A stretch of DNA of 63,763 nucleotides, filler included, from Reticulomyxa filosa (Eukaryota > Protista > Foraminifera), in NCBI GenBank assembly GCA_000512085.1. It is 26 parts of 26 records of this genome, joined end to end, with 100 filler letters (N's around TTAATTAATTAA, not from the genome) between each part and the next. Parts side by side here need not be neighbours in the genome. Positions count along the whole stretch, not along the records: positions 25,029 to 27,456 come from ASPP01011514.1; positions 27,557 to 28,921 come from ASPP01022625.1; positions 29,022 to 30,517 come from ASPP01028495.1; positions 30,618 to 32,703 come from ASPP01014631.1; positions 32,804 to 34,744 come from ASPP01000630.1; positions 34,845 to 39,889 come from ASPP01005775.1; 20 more parts are not named here. One strand, written 5' to 3'. Below the pieces are notes generated by a model that was not told where the DNA came from, ran no database searches, and saw only the letters and a list, made by a program, of their open reading frames with translations. Each line of letters begins with the position of its first letter. Position 1 is the stretch's first letter. The position numbers were made by a program, and so were the translations under genes. This document shows, in pieces, positions 26,422 through 39,100 of the stretch.

Positions 26422-27414
26422 ATAGGCGAAAAAAAAAAAAAAAAAGCAAAACTTTGTCATCAAATCGGGTTGGGATAACATTTAAGTAATGTTGTGGAGC
26501 AGTGTGTGGTTTGAAGGTGATGAAACTGGTGGACTTCATGGGTTCAGTGTTTTTGAAAATGTCTCGAGTGACTTGGGAAGCGGTGCGTTTGGCATAGTCT
26601 TGCATGGCGGCCCGATCACCGACAATATGCAAATGATTGACGCGATGTGACACATTGGTCATGAATGGGTCGAGCGAATCCAGTTTGCTTTCGGCTTCCA
26701 AAAAAAAGTAGCCCGGCACGCGTCTCACGAGCAATTCGCCATGCACCCTGCAGCCCTCCTGAAGCAAGCGGTGATGTGCAACCACCTCGTGTTTGCCAGT
26801 GTCCTCATTGTGAATAAAGTCTTTCACAAAGTTGATTATGCTTTGCTTTTCGCGCGGTCCGGTATATTGAGTGAACGATTTGTCATGTTTGTACAAACGA
26901 ACTGTCGGATATGCGCGAATGCCAATCCTTGCACAGAGATCTCTATCATTATTATTATTTTATTATTATTATTTTATTTTTTTTTTTTAAAAAAAAACAC
27001 ATTGTTATTAAAGTATATACATTATACACATATAATGAATGTATTGATTGAACATAAATTTTTTTTTTTTTTTTACTTACGAAACCCAAAGTCGACACAA
27101 TTGACTCGCAACAATTTAGCTACAACCACCTCTCTGTTTTTATCTCGGAATTCCATTCTGTCCGTCTCCTCTTCGGCCTCTTTCCACGTCGGCGCAAAGT
27201 GTCGACAATGGATGCACCAATTGGCGTAGAAGTTCACCACCGTGAAGTCGTGATACTCCAGCACGGCGTTAAAGTCCGTATGCTGAAAGTGGTCGCTCGT
27301 GCTGTCCCAATCCGCTTCCAGTTCCGGGTGTGCACTTTTCTCTATGTGCGCCAAGTGATGGTCGATGTCTTTGTTCAGTCCACGGTGTTCCGCATCTTTA
27401 TCTTCATCCAACAG
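26093..27414 (-). CDS. PDI-C-type fusion: thioredoxin domain plus Erv41/46 (ERGIC3) C-terminal domain; three 3' exons
   Basis: 'VVNFYANWCIHCRHFAPTW', 'GIRAYPTVRLY', 'EGCRVHGELLVRRVPGYF', 'NVSHRVNHL', 'PLYDFLTSVFAIIGGTYT'. Introns at about 27085-26943 and 26452-26345. Confidence 0.88.
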
Positions 27415-27418
27415 TCCC

Positions 27419-27456
<38 letters not shown>

Positions 27457-30400
27457 NNNNNNNNNNNNNNNNNNNNNNNNNNNNNNNNNNNNNNNNNNNN
27501 TTAATTAATTAANNNNNNNNNNNNNNNNNNNNNNNNNNNNNNNNNNNNNNNNNNNNTTATCTGATTATGCCTTCAGATTTTTACATGATTTTAATTTTGT
27601 CATTTATGATTGCTATTCAAGGTTATTCTTTAAAAATATTCCTTTTTTTTGGGAGTTCGACAGGGTCCAACAATTTCTTAGTTCACACGACCTATCAGCT
27701 TTGAAGAACACACTTCTACATGTCTACATGACCAGACAAAAATAAAAAGGATAGAAGTGGCGCTGAAGTAGTAAACTGGTAGCGTAGGAGTCTAACTGGA
27801 ACAAACCTACTTCAAAACCTTTTGAACAGTCTAATAACAAATTATTAAGAATTATCTTCGGAGTGTGGTCTATTTCATTCAACAGACTAGTTACTGCATG
27901 TTAATCTTTCAGCTCTTTTGTCATTCATTGTTTCTTCAAAAAAAAAAGGATTCATTTGACAACGCATAAATTGAAGAATACTTTTCGTTTTTTTTATTTT
28001 GAAGGGCTTGTATCATACAAAAATTATATTTGAATCAATTTCCTTTAAACACTCAACAATATCCTATCTTGCTGCATAATAACAACACATTTACTCACAA
28101 TCTCACGGCAGCAAAAGCACTTGGTTTTTTTGCTATTAAGAATTTCGTTATTGTTGTTGGATTAGAATGAAAAATCTTTTATATTCAAGAATAACTAAAG
28201 TTGTGGGTCATTTTCTTAAATTGTGGGTCATTTATTATTTTTTTTGAACCTGTTTTTAAAAATGACCCAGTTTTTATTCAATCAAATAAAAAAAATGTTT
28301 TTTATTGTCCGTTATGCACAATTAAGTCAGTTATTGTGATATTTATTTGTTTTATCGAACATAAATTTTATCAAATAATCAACCGAGATAACACGTTACA
28401 AAGGGGTTGTTAGTCCCATTTTTTTTATTTTCGTATCTGTAATGTTTGTTTTTTTTTGCAACAAACTACAAGGTTTGCTGTGTAAAATGATGGCAATATC
28501 TTCTTGAACAGCTCTCTGTTTGTTTTAAAATGAAAAGTAACATAAAAGTGATTAAAAAATACCATTTTCGTAACGTCATACAATTTATCATTATAAATAT
28601 TCTTTACTTTCTTGGTCGATTGAATCAATTTGATTTTATTGATATTTGGAAAACTTTTGTGGAAGCTTTTCGATTATATTGCACCGCACATAAAAATGGA
28701 AATTAATAATGAAATTGCGTTTTATTTTTTAAAAATTGAACTTTTGCTCATACGGACTATATCAAGTTGTTAGAAGATTAAATGAATAAAAAGAACGCAC
28801 TTTTTCATAACGATTCAGAAATATGTCTTGATCCAGATTGAATACTCTCTTCTCTCCAATCTTTTTCCAGCATTTCTATCAAATACATGAAAAAATTATT
28901 TCTTCAATTTTTTTTTTTTTTNNNNNNNNNNNNNNNNNNNNNNNNNNNNNNNNNNNNNNNNNNNNTTAATTAATTAANNNNNNNNNNNNNNNNNNNNNNN
29001 NNNNNNNNNNNNNNNNNNNNNTGAAATTAATTTTAATGAAGACAATTAAAATTTTTGTTAACCATACTGCTTTTAAATATGTTTTGATTTTGTTTATTTC
29101 ATAATCATTCAATTTTTTAAATTATTTTCAAGATATATGAAAACAAATAACTGAATGTTTATAACTCAACAATTAATAAATGTTGATAACAAAAATGGCA
29201 AAAATTTCAAAAAATGAAATTCTGTCGAAAAGAGTATTCAAATGATTGATTGTCTCTAATTGTAGGAATGTTTCAAGAAAAAAAATGCATACAGCAAAAG
29301 AAGATGGCATTGTAGGCTGCATTACACGCAGTAAATCTCGTACATTGCGTACTTCTTTCCAACAATCCATTTGGAACATCTTCAGACCCGGAATCGAATA
29401 TATATTCACGTTTCACAAGAAGGTGGATCATGACGCGATCCCAAATTGAAATATGTTGTTGTGATCGAATTCTTCGATAACAATGTGGAGTCGACACGTG
29501 AAAGAATGACAGCAAATTCAAAACGTTTTTTATTATAATATTCAAGCCCTCGCCCATACGACATTCACTTGACTGTTTTTTGATATCCAGACCTTGCGTC
29601 GTTTGATATCTGCAATGAAAATAATTGGCATCCTCCATCCGATGAATAATTTGTACAATCATACTTGATCACATTTTCCACATATCAATCCTGTGTTGTC
29701 ACATCTTTTAGTATATCCACAGGTCAAATTCACTATCTTTGTTCCACTTGATGTAAACGCTGACAGAAAATAACTTACTCCACAGTTGATATTTCAATAA
29801 TGTAATGCACTGTAGAAAGATAAACGGCTCTTGCTACACAAAAAAACTTACAATCATATGTATTGATAATAAGATCCTTCTCCTTCTTGTATTGTCTTCG
29901 TTGTGATAATCAGTATTTTAGTTTCAATGATATTCTCAATAGTAGCAAAGGTTTAATTTCTGTGTTGCATTATTTTCCTTGCAATGAAATAATTGGATGA
30001 ACATGGACCGATATTGAAGGATATCAAATGATAATAAATAAATTAAAGATACAAGATCTTTTCAAGTGCTTCAACAGATGAATCTCTTTATGTATAAAAA
30101 AAATGCATATAATGAGCTCGAAAGCTTTGAAAATAGCAAAAAAGATGAAATGATGAAGGATAAAAAAATTTTAAAAATGGAACTAACCTTTTGAACCAAA
30201 ACAAGCCAAATTATGATGCTACATTTACCAAATCTTGATCTTTTAATTTTGAAATTAACTTTAAAGGCTTGTTTTGACAATTTTTGAAAGTATTAGTTTC
30301 AATCATTTACACGCAATTTTATCTTTGTCTCATCAAAAAAAAATCATTTCATACAATAATTTAAAATATTATTTTTAAGTATGTTTTAAATTTGAAGCTT

Positions 30401-30725
30401 GCATTAATATAACTATCTTCTAACTTTAGCTTTTTTCTTAGTCGCTGCAATAAAACAATTCCAAAGGACCTGAATTTAAAATGACAGCCAAAAATTTTTT
30501 AAAAAACAATCAAACAANNNNNNNNNNNNNNNNNNNNNNNNNNNNNNNNNNNNNNNNNNNNTTAATTAATTAANNNNNNNNNNNNNNNNNNNNNNNNNNN
30601 NNNNNNNNNNNNNNNNNAAAAAAACAACTTTTATGCCATAAATCCAATTAAAAGACCGTTTACACAGATTTCACCAAAAAAAAAAAAAAAAAAAAAATTG
30701 CAGCCCGTCTTGTGTTACAAAACTT

Positions 30726-31145
30726 TCATTGTAGTTTAACTTTTTCCATGTACTCGTAGAGAGACGGAATAGGATGTCTCTCCACTCGGCATGTTAAGTA
30801 ATTTATCAACCACACGAGCAAAAGCCATGTAAGGAAACACCATAACACATTTCGTGAAGCTACATCTGTTGGAACTTTGGGCATTTCAGCTAAAGAGAGA
30901 TATTGGTTTTTTTTTTTTCTCCTTCCGTCCCGTCTTGGTTGTGGCGAAACTGCGCACAAAACGCTGAAATAGATATAAAGGAGATAAGTGCAAACAAAAG
31001 TGAGTGAATTAGCGCAATTTTTTTTGTATTTTTTACTCGATTTGAAAAGCATCGCTATGGACTCGCTAGTCCTGTCATCCTTTGTAACGAACAAGCAAGA
31101 TAGGGTCTCTGAAAAAAGTTCCGACCTTTTTTTTGCTCTTGCCAT
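30726..31145 (-). CDS. Hypothetical small membrane protein, head-to-head with PRP8
   Basis: The ORF has a C-terminal hydrophobic helix (VLWCFLTWLLLVWLINYL) and starts about 150 bp from the PRP8 ATG. The N-terminal frame is uncertain. Confidence 0.4.
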   Translation of the reverse strand: MARAKKRSELFSETLSCLFVTKDDRTSESIAMLFKSSKKYKKNCANSLTFVCTYLLYIYFSVLCAVSPQPRRDGRRKKKNQYLSLAEMPKVPTDVASRNVLWCFLTWLLLVWLINYLTCRVERHPIPSLYEYMEKVKLQ

Positions 31146-31297
31146 CTTACGAAACGATATAATTTATTGAAGAGAGAGATATATATAACATATATATATA
31201 CTCGGAGGAATTCTGGTGAGAAATTTGGAATCTGTAGAAAGAAGGAAAAAAAAAGATAATTTCTGGTGGACTCGAAAGGCAACTCAAAAGATAAAAA

Positions 31298-32703
31298 ATG
31301 GATCCGCAACAAATGGACTTTGATCCATGGATAAATTTGAGTGAAGGTCAAAAACTAAAGTTTTTTGACGAAAAAGCACGTCGCTGGCAAAAATTGAACT
31401 CGAAAAGATATGAAAGTAAAAAAAAAGGAGGGGTTGCAGAAATGGAGAAGTTTGCAATGCCTCCTGAGCACGTCCGAAAGATAATCAAAGACCACGGAGA
31501 TATGTCGAACCGCAAGTTCAGACATGACAAGCGTGTGTATTTAGGAGCACTGAAGTATGTCCCCCATGCAGTTCTTAAATTATTGGAGAACATGCCAATG
31601 CCTTGGGAACAAGTTACAAATTTTTTTTTAAAAAAATTTTATGTGATATGTATGCGTGTGTGTGTTGGGATGAGATTGAGCAAGGATAAAATTTGACTGG
31701 TGCGCAAAATCGCATTCTGTTGGGAGGGGAGGGGAGAAAAAAACACACTACACAAAACACATACATACATGCATACAAATGAATGAATAAAATGAATGGA
31801 ATAAATAAATAAATATAGGTGCGAGAATGCCGCGTATTGTATCACGTGACAGGAGCGATAACATTTGTGAACGAGATTCCATGGGTGATCGAGCCGGTGT
31901 ATATAGCGCAATGGGCGACAATGTGGATATCAATGCGCAAAGAGAAGCGCGACCGCCGTCATTTTAAGAGAATGAGATTCCCTCCGTTTGACGACGAGGA
32001 GCCGCCATTAGATTACGGCGAGAACATTTTGAACGTGGAGCCGATGGACCCGATTTGCATGGAATTGGACAGCGAAGAGGATCAGGCAGTGTTTGACTGG
32101 TTCTATGATCACAGACCATTGCAATACACCAAATTTGTGAATGGACCTTCGTATCGTCGCTGGCAGCTGAACTTGGCCATTATGGGGACGCTGTTCCGTT
32201 TGGCGGGACAGCTGACGTCGGACATCCCGGACAAGAACTATTACTACCTGTTTGACAAGGAGTCGTTCTTCACCGCAAAAGCGCTGAACATGGCCATCCC
32301 CGGGGGGCCCAAGTTCGAACCGCTGTTCCGAGACATTGAAGACTTTGACGAGGATTGGAACGAGTTCAACGACATTCATAAGGTCATTGTGCGACAGCGT
32401 ATCCGCACGGAATATCGCATCGCGTTTCCTTATTTGTACAATGACAGACCCCGCAAGGTGTTCACGTCGTGTTATCATTACGTCCCGTCCATGTACATCA
32501 AAGCCGAAAATCCCGACCTGCCTGCTTTTTACTTTGACCCCGTGGTTAATCCTATCCCTTCGATTGCGGACGCAGGTAGTAAGAATAATAATAATAATAA
32601 TAATAATAACGCGATGGATGTGGAAGAGACAGTTACTACGAGTGCAGTATTGATGATTGATGGAGTAGTAGTAGTAGGAGGAGGAGATAATAGTAATGGT
32701 AAT
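31298..32703 (+). CDS. PRP8: Pre-mRNA-processing-splicing factor 8, 5' part (exon 1 31298-31612, exon 2 from 31819)
   Basis: '[52 protein letters not shown]|[32 protein letters not shown]...[21 protein letters not shown]'. Confidence 0.99.
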
Positions 32704-32803
32704 NNNNNNNNNNNNNNNNNNNNNNNNNNNNNNNNNNNNNNNNNNNNTTAATTAATTAANNNNNNNNNNNNNNNNNNNNNNNNNNNNNNNNNNNNNNNNN
32801 NNN

Positions 32804-34153
32804 ATTGACAATCATCAAATGTTGAATAATCAATACTATTCACCGAAGTAGTATGTCCAGTGAATGTATTAATTAACTTGGATGATGAGCAAAATGTATC
32901 AAATATAAAGATAGTATATATCTATGTTAAATAAATATTTGTTTTAATTAGCATTTAAGAAAAGAAAAAACAAATAAACTAACATAATTGACAACGATTT
33001 TATCAAAATCTTTGATCCATCCTAATTTAATGTTGAATGTTCGAATCCAATGATGAATAATTATTTGAATCTCTTCTTCTTTTGACTGTTTTAATTATAT
33101 GTTACAACGATAAATAAAAATAAATAATAAAAATGTAAATACAATTGGACTTAACGTTCATTGATGAGTTTAAGTTTACTTGCATTTTTTGTTTTATTTT
33201 TTGAATTTCATTATCTTTTTTTAATTTTTCCATCTCAGCCAATGTTGTTTTCTGTTTAATTATTACTTTTTTTGTTTTTGATATTTTCAATAGATAATAA
33301 AACAAAAAAAAAAATATAACAAACATGAGCAAAGTTTAATTGTAGATTGTTTTTTTGATATTGTTCCAATTGTTGTTTCAAATCTGCAATCTCTTCATCT
33401 TTTTTTCCTTTCAATTGCAACTCCATTTTAAGTTTTTCATTTTCCAAATTTAATTTCTTAATTTTATGCTATTTGTATTTTTTTTCAAGATAGACACAGA
33501 CTGTTTTATTTAAAATTATCCATAAATAATGATACCTGATATTGTGGAATAGTTTGTTGTAATGTATCAAATGATTTGATAACTAAATCAAAATGTAATT
33601 TCATATTTGAGGTCAAATGATCATGAATTGTAGATTTCAAACATAAATGATTGCATCCAAATGGCTCAAACCAACATTTAACCATTTGTAGACAACAAGA
33701 ATTTTCCAAATGATAATCTATATGTTTCACTTTTCCTTTAAAATTACAACTTACAAATCTAGTTGTTTTTCCTTCTTCATATCCTTGTTGTTGTTCTTGT
33801 TCAAATTGTCGTGGACATATCGCATCTAATTCATTAATGTATCGTTTCATCAACCAGTTTTGAGAATACAAACAGTTATCATGATGTTTGACTGGACAAG
33901 AATTTGGTTTTTGACTAAGAAATTGCTTTAAGCAATTTTCTCCAACGATCAATGATTCATCCATGTCTTTATGTTGAGGGCAATCAATTTCCATTGGACT
34001 GTTGGCCACTTGTTTGCAAATCAAACAGATAAAATCGTTGATGTCTTCCTGCTGATTCAATTGTAAAATCCACTTTTTCTCAAAGCAAGAGTGTTGTTGA
34101 GGAATTGACTTTAAGGCCATTTTCATACTACATTTGCTTTTTTCTTCTTCCAT
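32804..34153 (-). CDS. RING/TRAF-zinc-finger + coiled-coil + WD40 protein (multi-exon, 3' truncated)
   Basis: 'FICLICKQVANSPMEIDCPQH', 'CNFKGKVKHIDYHLENSC...VKCWFEPFGCNH', a coiled-coil exon, 'EEEIQIIIHHWIRTFNIKLGWIKDFDKIVVNY' and 'LINTFTGHT'. Confidence 0.85.
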
Positions 34154-34844
34154 CTTACTCAGTTTCTTTCTTTTGGTTCTTGGTTAGATGATGCAGTTTT
34201 TTTTTTAGTTTTCTTTAAAATAAAAATTATAAATATTTTATCTTTTTAATTTTTAAAAATGAAAACAACTTTATTTGCAATCTTTGAGTAATTTTCTTTT
34301 CTTAAGAATGGAACGCCATTTAGGAACTGTGAAAAAGAAAAAAAAGAATTAATTTTTTTTTATTATAATCATATGCAAATGATAACATCAAAAAGAGTTT
34401 AGATTATCTAGGAAAATCAATTGTAACATATACTCCATCGAATAATTCTTTAAAAAAACAATTTATCTTTTTTATTTTAAACTACAACAAAATAGAAATA
34501 CTCAAATAGGAAGCCTATTCAATAAATATAGTAACAATTTTTAAACTATTTTCTCTTTTTACTTTCGGTATTCATTTAGTGAAAAAAAAAACTGAAATTA
34601 ACTAATAAGTTTTTATGAAATTTAACAACAAACCAAATTAACATGTAAAAAAAATCCAATGAATAAAAAATATTGTTATAATAGAATAGCAATTTCTTTT
34701 GAATAAGGAATATTTTACCTATACAATATAATATTTACACGGTCNNNNNNNNNNNNNNNNNNNNNNNNNNNNNNNNNNNNNNNNNNNNTTAATTAATTAA
34801 NNNNNNNNNNNNNNNNNNNNNNNNNNNNNNNNNNNNNNNNNNNN

Positions 34845-34882
<38 letters not shown>

Positions 34883-34895
34883 TATATTTGAATAG

Positions 34896-36119
34896 AAAGC
34901 AGACTCAGCACTGTCTCTGGCCGAATTGGAAGAATTGCAAGAATTGGAGATGCTGGAGGATTATAAGTTTGATAGTGTACGGCGGAACTTGAATGCGTCT
35001 GGAATAGTGTCATCGGTACCGTCAGGTCGGAATGTGGACAATGTGAATGCAGGTGTGGGATCAGAACAGGAAGGGCAGGAACAGGAACAGGAACAAGGCC
35101 AGGGCCAGGATCAAGACTTTCCTTTAATTCGTGTTTTGGCCAATACACTTCGAACGGGGGCCTCCACAGGGTTGGAATTGCCGTCTTCGCTCCGTGTCAA
35201 TTTTCGACGCTTTCGCAGCGATACAGATCGCTCCAGTCGCGCTCATTCCGACACCACGTCTCTTCATTTGGTCGATTACGACGAAATGACCACGGACGCA
35301 AATGCTGCGTATGATGCGGTAGTAGACCGTGTGGTGGCCGCCGTCATGCCAATTCTCCACTTCATGAAGAAAAAGAAGAACAAGCTGCACGGACGAGAAG
35401 TCGAACCCAGCTGCTTCGCAAAGAAGCTGAGCAGCAAGAAGAAGAAGAAGAAGAAGAAGAAGAAGAAGCGGAAGAGGAAGAAGAGGTCGAAGAAATAACT
35501 GAGCGTGGCGATATCGATATGAAGGAAGCCGAGAACAAACAACAAGAAGAAACGGAGGAAATTGAAAATAAAGAGTTTGTGCTGATGGAAGAAAAACAAA
35601 GCAATAGGCAATTGCAAGATTTAGCCAATGATCCTTTATATCTTTTACGCCAACGGAGAATGTGCGAATCCGCACGTCTTCAATGTAACACCACAAATGA
35701 CAAAATCGAGTACACTCGACCACTTATTGAACTGGATCACTTTGCTCATCAGGAAGGAGATTTGTTTCATAGCATATACATGGACCCTGTTTTAATGGAC
35801 CAGGCAAGTGATCCGCACATCCTTTTGAAATGTGGTCATGTCTGTGCTGTCAAGGCATGGGATGATATCTTGGAAACCAAAAGAAGACAAAGAGACACGT
35901 ATGATTTTGTTTTGTTTTGTTTTTTCAAAAAAATCTTGGATTTATTTGAATAATGATAAGAAATTAATTTTAAAAAATCTTCATTGATTGTACAGAAGCG
36001 ATATTAAATGCCAAATGGAATGTCGTCAGAAAACAAGTGCCACTAATAAAAATGAAACACGTTTCCTTTTCAATGTTCCTACCTTTTTAAGACACGGAAA
36101 TTTCTTGAAAGACGTTTGA
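34896..36119 (+). CDS. CTLH/GID complex RING subunit-like protein (RMND5/GID2 or MAEA/GID9 type), 3' part
   Basis: The C-terminus reads 'PLIELD...LFHSIYMDPVLMDQASDPHILLKCGHV...KCQMEC' after splicing 35899-35995. This resembles the RMND5 motif FHSIF.CP....PP..L.CGH...KCPYC. An acidic linker is frameshifted near 35315-35340. Confidence 0.7.
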
Positions 36120-39100
36120 TGATTATTTTTCCGTCTACTGCTTGTTTTTTTTTTTTGGGGGGGAGCTGTGCGATTGGGTGGATGTTATTTTTATTTGGAT
36201 TCTATCCAATTTAAATGTTTTGGAATTGTTACATCTGATGTAGAAAAAATCGAAAAAAGTTTCTTATAATTTTTCACCCATGAGGCAATATTTGCATTTT
36301 TTTTAAAAGGAAAAAGCACAACCTTTTCTAGTTGTAGCAAAATCTGATAAAAAAGCTCGACGAAGAGCTACAACAAGCAAGTTGATTGGCCCAATAAGAG
36401 GAAATTCGAGCGGTGGGTAAATGAAATAAAGGATGAAAATCTGCAGAAAACGATTCGTTTTGTTTTGTATGTAATTTAAAAAAAAGATTGCACGTCGACA
36501 AAAAATTAATATTATTGACAAAATTGTTATGAAATACAGTTGAAAGAAATAAAGTTTATAATCGCTTTTCCCGTGAAAAAGCACAATTAAAATATCTAAA
36601 ATCATGTTTTGATTTGGTTTTTTATTTCATCTTTATTGATTTGTAATTTTAAGAATTGATATTATCCCAAATAAGATTGGCTACATATTTGCAAATATTT
36701 TATGTATTAAGAATTCTATCTACAATAAATTGGATAATTTATTAATTGTAATTGATAATACACTGTTATTGAAACGGATAAGATCTTTAGTCAACAGCAA
36801 CGTTACAATTATGCTCTTTGTTAATTAACACAAATAATCTTATTTACATTTTTATTATACGCTTTTGCGGAATAAACAAATTTTTATGGAACTTAGATCT
36901 AAATCAAGGAAAGATATACGAGCCATATGTGTATAAAAACAATATCTTCAAACTGCAGAGCATTGATAATTTACTTTTTTTAAGGAGAAAAGTTCCTTGA
37001 AGCACCAAAAATGTTTTAGACAATAATGAAACAACTTTAAATTCTCTGTATTCTTTAGAGTTTGTTAAAAAAATTTTGTTACGCAAAAAAAGCACATAGT
37101 GGAAATTGGATATACGTACAATATATAAATAATAGGCTTTTTTTATTGTTTGTTTGATTAGTTGAATATAAGCTTTTGTTCACAGCAAGTAAATCAATTG
37201 TAATAAGTATTGTTTTGCACATTCAAAAAGGCTTACATTCGTCGAATTCAATGTAGTTTTAAAGTTGACTTAGTTCGAGCTACAGTTACGACAAAAAAAA
37301 TTAGCCAACCCTAAAATATGAACTTTTTGTGTTTCTAACGAAAATTTAAGTAGCAAATTGTGATGATTTTTTCTGGTTTACGTTTACACTTTTATAAATA
37401 GTTTGTAAAAACAATAACAAAAATTTAGAAAAATTGTTGAAAAATGATTGTAATTGATGCAACATCTCCACATCACCTTGAGGTAGGTATCAGAATGTAT
37501 TTGCTTTTTACAAAATTATTTACAAGAAGATGCTTCCACAATATATATAATAACTACCGTTACAAACAAATAAAAACAAACAAAAAACACCAACAAAAAT
37601 TCTTAATATTTCGTATGTCCACAACTGGCTTTGATCAAAGCTTTTATCCTATCAAGCATGGATTTCCACTAACGTTCTACAAATATCTTTACCAATATAT
37701 TCACATTCTTTCTCAACACATAACAAAGCTGTTCCAAATTTAACCTTATTGTTTTGGTGGATCTTCGTTTTTATAATTCGCAACATATTCTCGATTTGAT
37801 TGATCTTTGCTATACGTAGTATCTATATTCTATGATTATCCAAAAATTACATAGTTGAATTTGACTTTTGACAATATGTATTGTTTTGCTGAAAGATAAA
37901 GTCATACTGATACTTTTCTTCGATACAATATTGACTATAGTTCTACATTTCGTCAGCGATAATCTCTTTATTCAGAGTTAACAGTTAATGTGATTTTGGC
38001 AGCATCCACAAATAATCATGACTCATAATCCAAATTTCAAAGTATGCTTAGTAGTACGATCGGAGATCATTTCATTATGTTTTTGCCAAATGTATTCTTT
38101 TATGTCACATTGTGAAGATAGTTTTGACACACTGTGGGTCCAACCATTCCATTAGTATTTGATATTGTATAATAACTTGCACTACAAATGACACCATATA
38201 CGACTTGATATATTAATATTGTAATTACATACATTTATATATAATATATTTGTAAATAAAACGCAATTGAAATTTATAATTTTGATTTTTCCATTATTAT
38301 TAAAAAAAAGAAACTGCAAATAAGTAGAGTTTCTTCTGCGAAATTGTCAACTTGCACGGTCATCATTGTTCCAGCAACAACCAGCACACTCTTCTGACCT
38401 CTACTTGTTGGCTACTTGCTATCATTTAGTCGTCCGTCTTCACAAATTTAGTATCATTGTCGTAAGTATAGTCTTATCTTTTACTTGTGCTGGCTTCCTT
38501 TGATATTGATCACGTTTGCAGCGCCGCTGACTTGCATACAAATTTTTTCGAAGTCACTGCTACTGCTGTCACTATCTTCGCATTTCTTGTTTTCCTCATT
38601 TACTATATTGTCGTCCAAGTACAGTGTTACATTTGCTATTGCTTGTATCATTTTTATTTGTCAGTTTTGCATTTGTGTTGTCTGAAAGTTGATTTTATTG
38701 CTGGTTTGCTATGTGACACAATGTTATTGATTATAATAAAAATAACACTTTTGCAGTCAATATTCCACACTGAGTTTTTACCATGTGAAAGAATACGAAG
38801 CAGATAACTTTGTCAGTTGTCACTACACAATTTGCAAGCAAATAATCTACAAATTAAATGATCGATTAGTAGAACCATATAATACGCTGTTAGAGACTCA
38901 TTAGTTGTTGGATAATACTTAAGTTTCTTTGTTATTAGATAATGAAGCAATATACTTGATATGCCAAAAACAACTGCAAATTGACAAACCATATTTGAAT
39001 AACTTGAATAAAATAATTATATAGATATTTCAATGCGCAAAATGATGTCCAAAAAATTACTATTATTGATTTAAGCTAGCAAACTAGTTTGTGAAATTCA

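Noticed and set aside
29173-29900. Coding-like tracts here and at about 10436-10850, 20978-21977, 37500-38800, 39990-41218 and 59442-60774
   Set aside because: They have stops or shifts in all frames and no family I can name. They are probably pseudogene debris and need BLASTX.
35436-35498. Poly-Lys C-terminus of ORF 34926..35498
   Set aside because: Out-of-frame reading of a (GAA)n poly-Glu tract that continues into ORF 35519..35953.
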